Shown in pieces: positions 13,831-26,074 of a DNA stretch of 64,000 nt. Position numbers and translations under genes: made by a program. The notes beneath the pieces are model-generated. The model was given only the letters and a program-made list of their open reading frames with translations. It did not search any database and had not been told where the DNA came from. The DNA is from Lama guanicoe (taxonomy: Eukaryota). The stretch covers positions 3,287,374 to 3,351,373 of the forward strand of contig MU054220.1 of the NCBI GenBank assembly GCA_013239625.1, given 5' to 3'. Every line of letters starts with the position of its first letter. The stretch's first letter is position 1.

Positions 13831-16029
13831 GAGATCAATCTTCCTTCTTTCTGCCATTAAAAAAAGATCTGATGAAATCTATGGGTCCTCCTTCCAGAAC
13901 AATGGAAAACAATCCAAGTGCTCTGTCTAAATGCGGAACCTCATGGACCCCTTAGAGGTCCGCTGCAGGAAGAGCTCAAATATGCTGCTACAGTTGATTC
14001 ACACATTTGTCATCCCTGGAGGTGGGTGGCCATCCTTATTTCACCAGCGCAGTGATATGGCTCAGGTAGCAGTGTGGAGAGGAATGTTCCAGTACCGGCA
14101 GAACCAAGCCAGCATCCTTAAAGAGCAACTCCCCACATCTGCGTAGCCTCCCACCGCCAGCCTCAGCTCCCCTCCCTCCCTGGAGCACTTCCAGATCCAG
14201 GATCTCTGCACCCGTGTTTCCTGCTCAGCCAGCACCCCTACTTGCTGGGCCCTCTGCAACCCCCCAGAATCTCAACTCTTTGGGAATGAGAGAAGTAAGG
14301 AAATGCTAGAAGGTAGCTAATTGCTTGTGTTACAAATAGTAATCTTGCTTTTTAAACCTTAGGAAGATAATGATCTGTTTTTGCTATATTAAAGCTGAAT
14401 TGTTTAAGTGGGGGTGTAAAAATCGACTGCCAAACAGGGCAACCTAGAAGCAGAACAGACTTCCTGGAGAAGCAACGTTGTGAAGTAAAGTAAGAAGACC
14501 CGCCTTGTGGCCTGGGGAAGACACTCCATCACCCCTGGGCCTCAGTTGCCCGTCTGCTCAGTGGAGAAGTTGGGCTTCTAGAAGATGCCTATGAAATCGC
14601 CAGCCCTGACATCCCCACGGTTCTGTCTCTTAGCTTCATCTGCTCCCTTCCGGAAAGATATAAGAACAATTTTCCTGACCACAGCCCAGTGCCTAGTAGA
14701 TGCTGGACTAATCGAATTGTTGACCTGTATTCTACCTGCTCCTTATTGCTTGAAGGGTCTGTCACAGACACAAGCCGTTAGCTGTCCTCATCTATAAAGT
14801 GGGGAGTACCACTTAGGGCCAAAGTGAGCTAGAAAGGATGTGAAAGACCTTGCCCCGTGCTTACTACACACGAGGTCCCATCTGGTTGGTTCCTGTATTT
14901 CCTTGTCCTTCACTGGCCACCTGAAATAGTGCCTCTGTTCTGCGGAGCCTGCCCTCCCCCGGCACACACAGAGCAGTGCTCCATCCCCGGGCCTGAGCAC
15001 CATCCGACTGGATGGCCTGTGCCTGGAGCTGGGGGCAGGCAGGCCCCTATGATGTTGGCCAGTGACTCCGGGTACAGATGGAATGCTAAGCATCTCCACT
15101 CTGGGAGGCCCTGGGAGCCTCTGTTTGTTGGACACGGTTCCCAGAATGACTGGGACCCCAACACTGAAACATCCAACTCCACACTTCCCTCCCTTGGAGC
15201 CAAAGCCCAGAAATATTGAGTCAAAAGTGAGGGCAATAAATCCATCTAGTAAATGAAACCCTCTGTAATGGACCCATCAAGTTCCTTAAAATGTAAAGAC
15301 AAAATAACGAAACAAACAAACAAAGGTGAGGGCAGTTCTGCCTGGAAAGTAGTTCTTTTGAGGAGTTGGCTGTTAAGGGAGGTCAAATGTGAGGGATTGG
15401 GGGAGAAAGACAGAGAGAGAAGAGGAAGAAGATGGGGGGAGGGAGGTAAAGAGATAGAGGAAAGAAAAGAAGGGGGAGAGGGAGATGGGATGTAGCAAGA
15501 GGAAGGATAACTTCAGGTCCTGGTGAGAGCTGTGGATAAATTTGTTTTGGCATCAGCGGCCTGCCTTGGCTTCCCTGTCTGCTTCGGTCTGGGTGAGGCG
15601 GCTGGGGTCAAGTATGAATCCACGCTGACCTTAGGATAGGCTGATTGTTGGCTGGGGCTGCTCCCTGCTTCTCTCACACCCCGAGGTGGCACACACTCAA
15701 GCTCTTGTGGCACAGACTACGGAAGACCAGGGGAACAAGGCTCAGAATTAGAATGGGTGGGATGTCGGGGTGCTGCTGCATTCCCAGACTGAAGGTCCCA
15801 GCTCCTGTCAGGTGGCCCTCCCCACACAGGTCTGTGGGTGGTAACCAGACGCATTGCTACCTGGGGCATTGCACGGGCCCTGGAGATTTCCCTCCATCCC
15901 ACCCAGATCTTTGTGAACAGTTTATTAAACTCTCCTCCAGGTATCCAATTTGAGTGAGCCACCTGTTTCCCGCTGGGACTCACCTGACACAAACACACCG
16001 TTTGTGACCCTCAAGTCAGCCCTGCCTCC

Positions 16030-16190
16030 AGATTATCTCATTTCCAGATAAGGAAACTGAGCCCAGAAGCTCAGAGAGGGGAAGTGACTTGTCTGAGGTT
16101 GCACAGCTGGTAACAGAGGAGCTGGGATAGAACTTATGTCTGCTGGTCCGCCAACCTGGCATCTTTACATTATTCAAGTTTCCTAACCAG
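16030..16190 (-). mobile_element. MIR SINE
   Basis: 'catttccagataaggaaactgag...gtgacttgtctgaggttgcacagctggtaacagagg'. Confidence 0.7.
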
Positions 16191-16359
16191 AGACAGACAG
16201 AGTGGTTCAGCAATGGTGGACCAGGCTGGAGGTCAGGAAGTTCAAAGGTCAGGAAGCTGCTGTCCTACCTGGGTTCTCCCTAAGATGGAACCTCAGAGGC
16301 AGCTGGGAACCCGCTTTCCTCATTCCTCAAAGCCTTATCAATTCTTCTATCAAAATGTC

Positions 16360-16770
16360 TCTATCAAATCTTCCGTCCTCACTGCAGACTTTCCTTCATT
16401 GCACCCTGCCTGGCCATAGCCACAGCCCCTTGTCTGCCTCCTGCCACCATCAGCGTCCCTACACTGGGAGGGATCTTTCTAGAGTGCCCACCTGCCTTTG
16501 ACATTTCTTCCTAGACTCTGTCTCTGCTTCTTCATTGCCCATGAGATAAAGTCCAAAGTATTTGGCATCAAAACTCTCCCCAGCCTGGCACCTGCCGACC
16601 ACCTTCAGTGGCCTCCTTACCACCCTGCATGGCAGCCACCAGAATGTTTGCAAGTGTGCCCTGCTCTTTTCCACCTCCGTGACTTTGCACAGACCTTCTC
16701 CACCTGGAGCGCCCTTCTGAGTTCTCGGTCCGGGTAAACTCCCATTTCTCTTTCCAGATCAAGCTCAAGC
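16360..16770 (+). mobile_element. L2 fragment
   Basis: 'cttcattgcccatgagataaagtccaaa', 'tttccagatcaagctcaagc' sense-L2 motifs. Confidence 0.55.
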
Positions 16771-19756
16771 ATGATTAAGAGGAGGGTCTCCTTAGTTCAC
16801 CTCCACTACCCCTGTTCCGCCCAACCGCCAACACACACAGACCACCTCTTCCACTATGGCTCTAGAATCCTTGTTCCTGCCTCTGATACAGCATTTTTTT
16901 TTTTATTTTCGCTAAGCCAAAAATCCCTCAGGGAGCGAACCATGGCAGTAAATCTAAAATTCACCATGAATCTTTATACCCTGCATGATTGCCTTTCTCC
17001 CTTGCTGTCCCATGAATTTCTGAGGGTAAGGAGGTATCTTCATCTTCTGTGTCCCCTGGTCAGGGTCTGGGCGCTACCGGTGCTCAGTACATCTTGCTGA
17101 CTAAGCCACTAAGATGAATGATTCTCAGCTGCGTGAGTGAGGAGCCTTTGGACCTGCAGCTGCTGTATGGCCTGGGGCAAGTGCCTGAACCTCTCTGTGC
17201 CCTTCCTGGAGTCTGCATAGTAAGACCTGCCACTTGCTCATAAACACGTAACTACCCTTCTCCTCCCCTTCCTCAGAGCCCAAGCCCTCTCCCAAATGCT
17301 GCAGCACTTTATATTTTATGTCTATCCAGAGCCTTCTTTTAAATTCTCCTCTTTGAGTTTCCCTAAATCCTCCTACAGTTGATTTATTTATGCTCAAAGG
17401 AGAGCTTATTGGATCACAAAGGTGCCGCTGGCAGAGCCTGGGAGCCCCCACGCATGCCCAGAAGAGTTCTCCCATCCATAAAGGATTTTGGCTCCTAAGC
17501 CAACATGATGGGCCCTGGGAAAAACACAGTCCTTCTTGGTACCCATAGACACGTGAGGGCATCCTGGACAAGGACTCTGAACTCTCTGGAAACCCAGCTT
17601 GGGGTGGGGCAGAGGAAGTGTTCAGGACAGCATTCCACCTCTTCATAGAATCATCAGGCAGAGTTTGGGGGTGACAAATCTCATTCTCCTCCTGTGGTTC
17701 ACTTTTCGCTATAGCCGCCCCCCACCCCCTGTATCCCCCAGCCTCCCAGTAAATGTGCTGCCCCTCCCTGAGGCAGAAATCCAGAAGCAAGGCTGTGTGA
17801 AATATCAGGCTGGTGGAGGATACCCCCTGGGAAGACCTGGGCTCCCCTGTTGCCTCATTATAGCAAACTTTCCCAAACACTGCCTCCGATCACAGATCCC
17901 AGGAAGCTAGGAAGCCATCCACTTGCAGTAATGGGACTTATGATTTATGGTTATGATTATGATTCCCTACCCATCCCCCACCTTTTTTCTTTTTTTTTTG
18001 GCAAAACATCTGATTTAATGGGGAAAATGCTATTCAGAGGAGCTGTGGGCTGTAAAAATGCAATAGCAGGGAAAAAATGCTGCTAATGGTATGTACTAGT
18101 CACAGAGCCTCAGAGATCAGCTGTCAGGCCTGAAACAGAAGCTTCTCTGGAACTGGTGTGTGACATTCCTGCCAGTGGTGGAGAGACACCCAGGCTCAGC
18201 CCCAGCCTGGAGAGGTGGCCCAGAAGTCGGCGGTCTGGGCCTGCCTTTTAAGGCCCATCTCTGCCTCCTAGCGGGCCTGTGCCCTTTCATCACCTCCTGG
18301 CCCTGCCTGGCCCACATCAATGGTGGGAAAGGGCAGGGACCCTAGACTCTGGGTCCAGTAGCCTCTTGCCAGGCTCCTCGGCTGAAGCAGGCAGCCAGCA
18401 GCTGTTGACAGAGCTTTCAGATCTACCTCTTTCCTCTAATTACAAGATGAACAACCCTGACCCAGACGTGCTTTTACCTCCTTTAACTCCTGTGAGCAGT
18501 CTGGGGCGATGGGAGCCCTGCTGGGTAGCACCCAGAGCGCTTGGGTTCAAGGACTTGCTTTATGACCCTGGGCAAGTCTCTTCCCCCTCTAGGTTTGCTT
18601 CTCTGCAAAATTAAGCAGTTGAATGAGATCTCAGGGGCTTCCAGGTAAGCAATCCAGTGCTTGTTTTCTCTTCATCGGACTGGGAACTCCCAGAGGGCAG
18701 GATTCTCTTACCTGCTATGTGTCCAGCCCCTAACGTAAAATACTTGTCCCCTGGAAGTCACTCAGAAGGTATTGGATGTATGCATTCTGCAGAGCAGCAA
18801 ACTGATGGCCTGAAGTTCCCAGGGCAGAGGTTTGAGAAGGAACTTGGAGCAACTCAGAGGCCCCAGCTGAGGCAAGTGCTTGTCCAGACCTCCCCTACTC
18901 GCCTGCCGACCCCCAGCTGCCTCACAGGATGTGTCTTCATTTTGCTTAAAAGAAAGTCACACTCCTGAGCTGATGCTCCCAACCCCAGGTCAGCCAGTGG
19001 GGTGAAGGGTCCCCATGATTCCTGGCTTCCGCACCAAGAGAAGCAGGCCTGGCCCGTGGGCCTGGGTCTCAGGCCCTCAGAGCCGCAGCCTCTCTTCTAA
19101 GAGTTCTGACTTGGGGAGAGGATTGCTCCGACCCTGTGTCTGGATGGGCCTCTTGAAGCTCTGGCTGCTCAGCAAGTGGAAAAGCAAACGGCAGTTTCCA
19201 AAATCCAAACCATTTGCCTTTGATGCTTGAAGGTCACTGTGGATAAACAGATGAAGGAGATCTCAGGACAAGGGAGGTGATGGGGTCAGGGGCTTTGACC
19301 GGACAGTGGACAGTGTCCTGCTGTCCCATCAGTCCCAGCTCGAGACAGCTGCAGTGACCTGAAGGAGCTGAAGGAGAGAACAGAGGACCTAGCAGCTTTC
19401 TCCAGACCCGGCCACACTGTTCCCCACCCCACCCCCACCCCAACAGGCTCCCGTGCCCCAGGCTTCCAGGCATCACTTGGCAGAGGAGGGCTCCGGCCCT
19501 CCCTTTGTCCAGACCTCTCTCTTGAGCTCTGGCAGTTAGATACCTGCCCCTTCTGCTCCTCCCAGTAATGTGTCAAAAATCAGACTCAACATTTCCATCC
19601 CAACAGGGCCTCCAGGGGCTAAAGATCAGGCTGTGGGGGAATCCTCATAGGCCCCTCCCTCACCTTCATTTCCTGCCTCTAATCCACTGTGAAGCCCTGT
19701 GGATTCTGTCTCTTAATCATCCTCAATCTGCCCCCTCTTCTCCATCATACTGCACT

Positions 19757-19828
19757 GCCCCTCTCCTGGCTTCATCGCCCCTCTCCTGGCCCCATCGCCC
19801 CTCTCCTGGCCCCATCGCCCCTCTGCTG
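19757..19828. repeat. Minisatellite, 20-bp unit (CATCGCCCCTCTCCTGGCCC), about 3.6 copies
   Basis: Directly visible tandem copies with 20-nt period. Confidence 0.9.
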
Positions 19829-21510
19829 AAGAATCTCCTGTGAAGGCCTCCCCAGTGGCCTCCCGCCTCCAGTCTGCTCTCATCAATGAGGGCCTGCATA
19901 CAGAACTTCAGCTGAAATCCTGTTCTGAGAGGGCTGAGAGTGGAGGTGGGAGCCTGCGGAGGTGGGGGCACAGTATCCAGAGGTGGGCGTGAGGCAAGAA
20001 GGTTGTCTTGTTCTCCACAGCTATGGGGGTGGTGGATTGGAGGGGGGGAGTGGATTGGATAGGGGGAGGTGGAGGATGAGGGAGGGACCTCAGAGGCGCA
20101 CCGACAGCAGCCATGGTGGGTCCCCCTCAGACAGACAGGTGGTCCCAGTGACTCAGGCCGAGTCACTCCCCACACAGAGTCTGAACGTGAACGTCTCCCT
20201 CCTGAGCACTGATGTGCCTACCACCTGTGGGAAGGGATGAGCGATGAGAGCTGATGGCGCACTGGCGGGGCCCTGGGTGCTGCAGAAGCTCAGAGAGGTT
20301 GCAAAATGTCCCCATATTGGCTGGTCAGTGGTGGAGGCCGGGTTCAGAGTCCCATTCCTCTAATTCTCACTCCCTGTAGTGTATGTGAAGCAGCGACTTA
20401 AGCTGTGCCTCAGCTTCTTCAACTTCAGAAACATCATGACGCTGCTGCTGCTGGTACTTCTACTGCCTCAAGACAGTTATGGGGATCAAATGAGGTGATG
20501 GATGTGTAAGTCAAGGTCAAGAGCACAAAAGCAAGCTGATCGGTGAGGGACCTGGGGTCCTAACCCTAGTCTGGGTCTCGAAGGGCTTACCAGACACTGT
20601 GTATCCTCCACCATCGTCACCACATGGCTGTCCCCATCTCTTATGCAAATGACACTATAGGAGGAAAAGGGCAGAGTCCTGGGAACTGAGCCCCAGCCTC
20701 CCCTGCGCTTCTGGTGGAGGAGAGAGACGGCGCAGAGAAAACCAGCAGCGCAGCAACCTTCCAGTTAGCGTGAGGAAGGCCTGGATGTGGACCCTTCCTT
20801 TGGGTCTGGGGTCCCGTGGCTGAGATTCTCTAGACCCCTGGCCCAGCCTAGCTTGGGAGGAGCTGTACCTCCCTTTGCCCTCGGACAGGAGACTCCAGGA
20901 CTCCTCTGAGGCCTGGGGGCCAGTTTGCAATTTTTACAAAACATAGAGGGAGAAAGGATGCTGCCTGATCACCGCATCCTGAGAAACAATCTCGTCTTTG
21001 GAACAAACACGTTCTCACGGTCTAAAATTTTACTGGTGGATACACTGTAACTGAACGTGCTGCAACAGGAAATCGCTGATGACAAGACAGGGAGGGAAGA
21101 GAGCCGACGCCAAAGAGGTACCTCCACACCGGCTGCACCTATTTATTTGATAGTCTTCCTCGCCAGTGGAAGGGGATCAGCCAACGGCAAAGCTGTTCAT
21201 GGGCAGCCCTTTCCCACAGTGGTCTTTAATGTCCTTGCTGCACTGTGTTTTTGCTTTTGTTTTCAAATCGTGTTTCAGACCTTTCTGAAGCTGTGGCAAT
21301 TGTGTTTTGGAACTTCCAGCCTCCCTTGCAAACTCTGAAAAAGTAACTTTTTGGGAATCAGAGGCAGAAAGGGGGCAGAGCGTGGCTTCAGCAGAGAAGC
21401 AGCTGAAGCATTGAGGGAACAAATACATCGATTGGCAGGAACTTCACCTCCTGTCTGCACCGGGTGAGCTGGGGTGACCTAAGATGCCCGAAGTGAAATT
21501 GGAAACCCTG

Positions 21511-21916
21511 GATTCATAGATACTAACTGCTATACATAAAACAGATAAACAACAAAGTTCTACTGTATAGCACAGGGGACTATACTCAATATCTTGTGGT
21601 ATCCTGTAATGAAAAAGAATATGAAAATGAATATATGTATGTATATGTATGACTGAAACACTATGCTGTACACTGGAAATTGACACATTGTAAACTGACT
21701 ATACTTTAATAAAAAAAAGAATGCAAATAAACTCTAAAAAAAATGGATAGACAAGGTCTGACTGTATAGCACGAGAACTATATTCAATACTTTGTAATGG
21801 TCTATAGTGAAAAAAAATATGAAAAGAAATATATATATGCATAAGTGAATCACAATGCTGCACACCAGAAATTAACACAATATTGTAAATTGAATATGCG
21901 TCAATAAAGAAAAAAG
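21511..21916 (+). mobile_element. Two tandem cetartiodactyl-type L1 3'-end fragments, each with an A-tail
   Basis: 'ctgtatagcacaggggactatactcaatatcttg...ttgtaaactgactatactttaataaaaaaaa' then a second diverged copy 'ctgtatagcacgagaactatattcaatac...tcaataaagaaaaaa'. Confidence 0.8.
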
Positions 21917-22789
21917 ATTCCCAAAGGAGACGGTCAGAGAGGTGGTGGCTACAATCCTTACCAGGCTCTGTGGGTGTCAGGTGCCGAGCTGCTGGGGCAG
22001 GGACCTCCTCGGGGCCAGCCTTGTGACTGATGGCTTTCCTATGTCTGGGGTGACGGCCAGCATGAAGGGATGGCCCTGCCTAATTGCTTTTAATTTTAAA
22101 ATGCTGATTTTGCTAAATACTAAAGGAATTTCCCATCATAATTCCCAAATTATTCCAGTGGTTCAGGGAGAGAAAGAAATGCCTTCCTCTCAGGGAATAC
22201 AATCATAGTCCCGCTGAGGCACCTTGAGACTATGAAGGGGAGGGTGTAGCCCCTCACCTAGGGTTCCCAGCTCTCTGACCGGTATCTCCAAGGCTGATAT
22301 TTGCCCCTGGGGGAAAGGTTGAGTGGCCCAGCACAGGAGGCAGGTCTCCTTTGTGACCAGACAACGTAGGATCAAGTCCTAGCTCCCTCAAGACAGGGAA
22401 CCTCTCTGAGCCTCAGTACCCTCATCTGTAAAATGGGGCTGCTAGTCCTTGGCCCCAGCACCTCCCGGGAGCCTTGTGAGGCTATCATGTGAACCTCGAT
22501 AGGGCAGTGCTTTGGCGGTGGTCAAAACTTGCGTGTTGTCAGGAGGGCTGCTTCTCCTGCAACTGGCAGACTCTGCTTGCCAAAACTTGCAGTGTCTGTG
22601 AAATCTGTACCAGTCAAATGCGTGTGGCTATGGATTCTAGCTTGTCTCCCTCCGCTGGGGATTAGGGTAAGGGGAGATGGGGTCCTGGCAAAGGCTGCAG
22701 GCAACTTGGGCTGGTGGAGAGAAACAGAGGCTTCCTGGGGGAAGGACTGGTCATCAATCACCACAAATAAATGTCATTTTGAGCACTTT

Positions 22790-22975
22790 TTCTGTGCCAT
22801 GCTCTTTATATCCAGTATCTTTTCTAATCCTCACCACAAACCCTATGGCGAAGAAATTATGCTTTTTCAGATGGGGACATTGAGGCACAGAGGGATTCAA
22901 AAGTTACTTGCTGGTCACACAGCTAGGATGGGATCCCAGGACTGTCTGAGTATGGAGGTCACACTCTCCACCACT
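22790..22975 (-). mobile_element. MIR SINE
   Basis: 'ctaatcctcaccacaaaccctatg...cagatggggacattgaggcacagaggg...ggtcacacagctag'. Confidence 0.75.
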
Positions 22976-23097
22976 AGGCAAATTGCCTCTCTAGACAATG
23001 GCCCTGGTGACCTGCAAGGAAGAGGACACTAGGTGTTTCTCTATCTCTTCACGGAAAATACAAAGGTCAAAGAGGCTGTGGGAGAGATAACATCACT

Positions 23098-23520
23098 GTG
23101 TCAGTAAGCTCTTGCTGTGTAACAAAACATACCCCAAACTTATGGCTTAAAACAATAGCTGTTTGTTATTGCTCACAACTGACAGTTTGGCTGGCTGACT
23201 TTCCTGTTCTCTGTGGTGAGGCACAGGTTGGGACAGGGCCCTGCTGATCTTGGTTGTAGGCTGGTCTGGGATGCCTTGACTTCCCTACGGGTCTCTCAAA
23301 TCCTTCCAGCACACTGGCCGGGATACCTTCTTGTGACAACAGCAGAGGAGCAACAGGGACGTGGAAATAACCAAGTGCTTTTTCGAGCTCTCTGCTTACA
23401 TCGAGATTGTGGCTGTACCATTAGCCAAAGCAAGTCACGGGGCCATGCCAGCGTCTGTGTGAGAGGGCACTACCCAAGGGCCAGTAGACTGGGAGGCATG
23501 CAAAACTGGGGCCCTTGTCA
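23098..23520 (-). mobile_element. Old MLT1-family MaLR LTR
   Basis: 'gctgtgtaacaaaacataccccaaacttatggcttaaaacaa' and 'cattagccaaagcaagtcacggggcc'. Confidence 0.7.
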
Positions 23521-24699
23521 CCATCAGCTGAGCCCAGCCTCGTCAGGCAGCTCTATCTCTGCCAGCTCATGAGACTGATCAAACGAGGGTCCCCCAGGGA
23601 GCTCATCCGGTCTCACAGACCATACCCTTCTAAGCAGGGGAAGTCTTTCTGCTTCGCTAAGAGCCGGTGTCTTCATCTGTCCTCAGGACAACCCTGAGGG
23701 GTTGGGACCAGGAGCCCATTCTACAGGTGAAGAGACTGCAGCTGACAGACCTTACCAGCCAGTCACAGGGCTCGAAAGTGCTCAAGGCTGCTCACTCACT
23801 TGTTCCACCAGGTCCTCATCAATGCTCCCTGGGAGCCAAACACAGTGCAAGGGGCTGGGGCTGTGGGGCTGATGGACACACCACTCCTGGTGGCTAAAGA
23901 GCCCAGGTTGTCTACTTTGGGAACCAGAGCCCCTTGACAGCAACTTCCTGCAGGCAGGAACCTTTCCAAAGGCTCTCCTGTCCATCCTGCCATGGACTTC
24001 CCACTGTGCTGGTGTGAGGTGGACCGGGCGGGGACAGTTCCTCCCATTTACAAATGACAACCCTGAGACCCAGAGAGGCCATCTGACTCACTTGCTGGGG
24101 GTCACACAGCAATGGCACAGGAGAGTCCAGACTAAAACCAGGGTCTTCTGGAACTCAAAGGCTTTCAGAAAAGTCCTGTTCCCCCTCCTCCCTCCTGCGC
24201 GTTCTCAGCCCCCGCCCCCCTCACTGCAGGATTCTGCGCATCTCTCTGCCCTCATCCCACCCTCTGCGAGCTCTCACTTCACGGGCAGGAGAGGGGAGGC
24301 ATGACCACAGAAGGAGTTAAAATTCGCTGAGTCTCTTATAAATATTTCCTGAAAACTATCTGCTGAGATAACCTCAGACTGTTGATGTCGACATGACTGC
24401 ACTTGCACATTTTAATTGGTCCAAGAGAGCCGGCCCATAATTGCTGCCTGGAAATCAGCACCAACCTGACTTGGTTATAAAAAGGGATGGGTGGGGACTC
24501 CAGAGAATTGGGGGTGGTGGAGGGGTTGGAAAGGGTGGGGGAGAGTTGGACAGGGAGAGAAGGAGAGGGCCAGCCCTCCCCTGAATGTGCCAGGCCCCCA
24601 GACTCGTCCAAGCTTCTGATTCTGATGGGCTCAGGAAGACCAGGAAAGATGAGTCACTGGTTAGGAGCACAGGGCTGGGGGCAGGGTGACTTAACCTTC

Positions 24700-25120
24700 T
24701 CAGTGCCATGATCCCTGTGACCGATCGGTCAAGACTGTGGACTCTTATAAGCATAAAATATGTGTGATTACAAAACAAGACAATTTTATTAAAAAAAAAC
24801 AGTGATCAAACAGTTTTAAATTCGGCTATAGCAAAGCATGTGCTTCCTTATTAGTGCATTAAATTGCAAGCCCTAATGTCAGGTGTCAACACCACTGTTG
24901 CTTGCAAAGTAGTAATGAGCGCAGATGATATTTCAGGATATCTGCCACCAGTGTAGTGTGACATGAAAATGTCTGTGATTTCGATTGATGATAAAGTCAG
25001 AGGAGCTGCTAATATAACTGGTGTGTTGCTTACACTCACGCTTGAAGGAAATGCTAGATTTCAGTGAAGAGTGAACAGAAAGCTGTATTTCTTTTCCACT
25101 TAAGTTCAGGGAACCCGGGT
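24700..25120. mobile_element. Probable hAT/Charlie-type DNA transposon remnant
   Basis: AT-rich block ending 'cttgaaggaaatgctagatttcag...cttttccacttaagttcagggaaccc', resembling Charlie-family elements; family uncertain. Confidence 0.45.
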
Positions 25121-25918
25121 TCAGAATTCTGGCCTCAGAGCCCGGCAGTGCTGATATTTACTAGCTGGATGGCCTGGGCCTCCCCTGGCCTTGGTTTCTT
25201 CATCTGCAAAGTGAGCTTGGGAGGCGGGCTGAGTTGGCTTTTAAAACTGCTCCGTCACTTGCTTGGGTGTGTCCTGTGAAAGTGACTGGGACTCGCTAAG
25301 CCTCACTGGCTGGAGAATAGGGCTCCTGACAGTGCCATCCTCAGGCTGTTCTGGGCTGGATGAGACAGTGCAGACAAAGTGCCTAGCAGAGTGCCCAGCT
25401 GAGGGGCTCAGTCCGTGGTAACAACGCCGAGGATGAACTTGGTGCTTTGGCATCCAACTCAGGCCACCCAGAGTGACAGGCAGATGGGAAGTCTGCATCT
25501 CGAATGCTCACTATGCTCAATCTTCTGTCCTTTGAGCATCTTCTGTCCTGTGTGCATCTACTGTCCTGGCCTCTGCTGCTTCCTGCCATCACCCAGTCTA
25601 AGAGGTCCTAGAACTCTGGAACATATCATCTCCAGAGTGTGGTTGCTCCAGGACCCTTTCAAGTCAGTTCCAACCAAGCAGCTGCGGTGGAGAAACCAGA
25701 CAAGCCCATGCGGTAACTGGCACATCCCTGTCTCACTCAGAAGTGCCACCTTTAGGACTTTAAATACGTTTCCAGCTCTTGCACAGCACATGCAGTGACA
25801 TCACCTTCCCTCTCGCTCCTCCCTGGGTCTGCTGGGGGGCTACGTGCAGGCATCTGGCCTCACCCGGACTCTTCTAATGATGGGGAGACAGGACCAACCT
25901 CAAATGAGACAACTCCAG

Positions 25919-26074
25919 GGGGATGGGTATAGCTCAAGTGGTAGAGTGCATGCTTAGCATGCATGAGGTCCTGGGTTCAATCCCCAGTACCTCCTCTAAG
26001 AATAAACAAATAAATAAACCGAATTACCTCCCCACAACCTCTAGCTCCCCCCTCAAAAAAGGAGAAGAAGAAGA
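25919..26074 (+). mobile_element. tRNA-Ala-derived camelid SINE (Vic-1-like)
   Basis: tRNA-like head with A box (TAGCTCAAGTGG) and B box (GGTTCAATCC), AT-rich middle, purine tail; 13-bp TSD GAGACAACTCCAG at 25906-25918 and 26075-26087. Confidence 0.9.

Noticed and set aside
17125..17880. 251-aa minus-strand ORF
   Set aside because: Non-ATG start, runs into MIR-like sequence, no recognisable domain or splice chain; expected by chance in GC-rich DNA.
25919..25995. tRNA-Ala gene
   Set aside because: It is the head of a SINE: followed by SINE body and tail, flanked by TSDs, with no oligo-T terminator.
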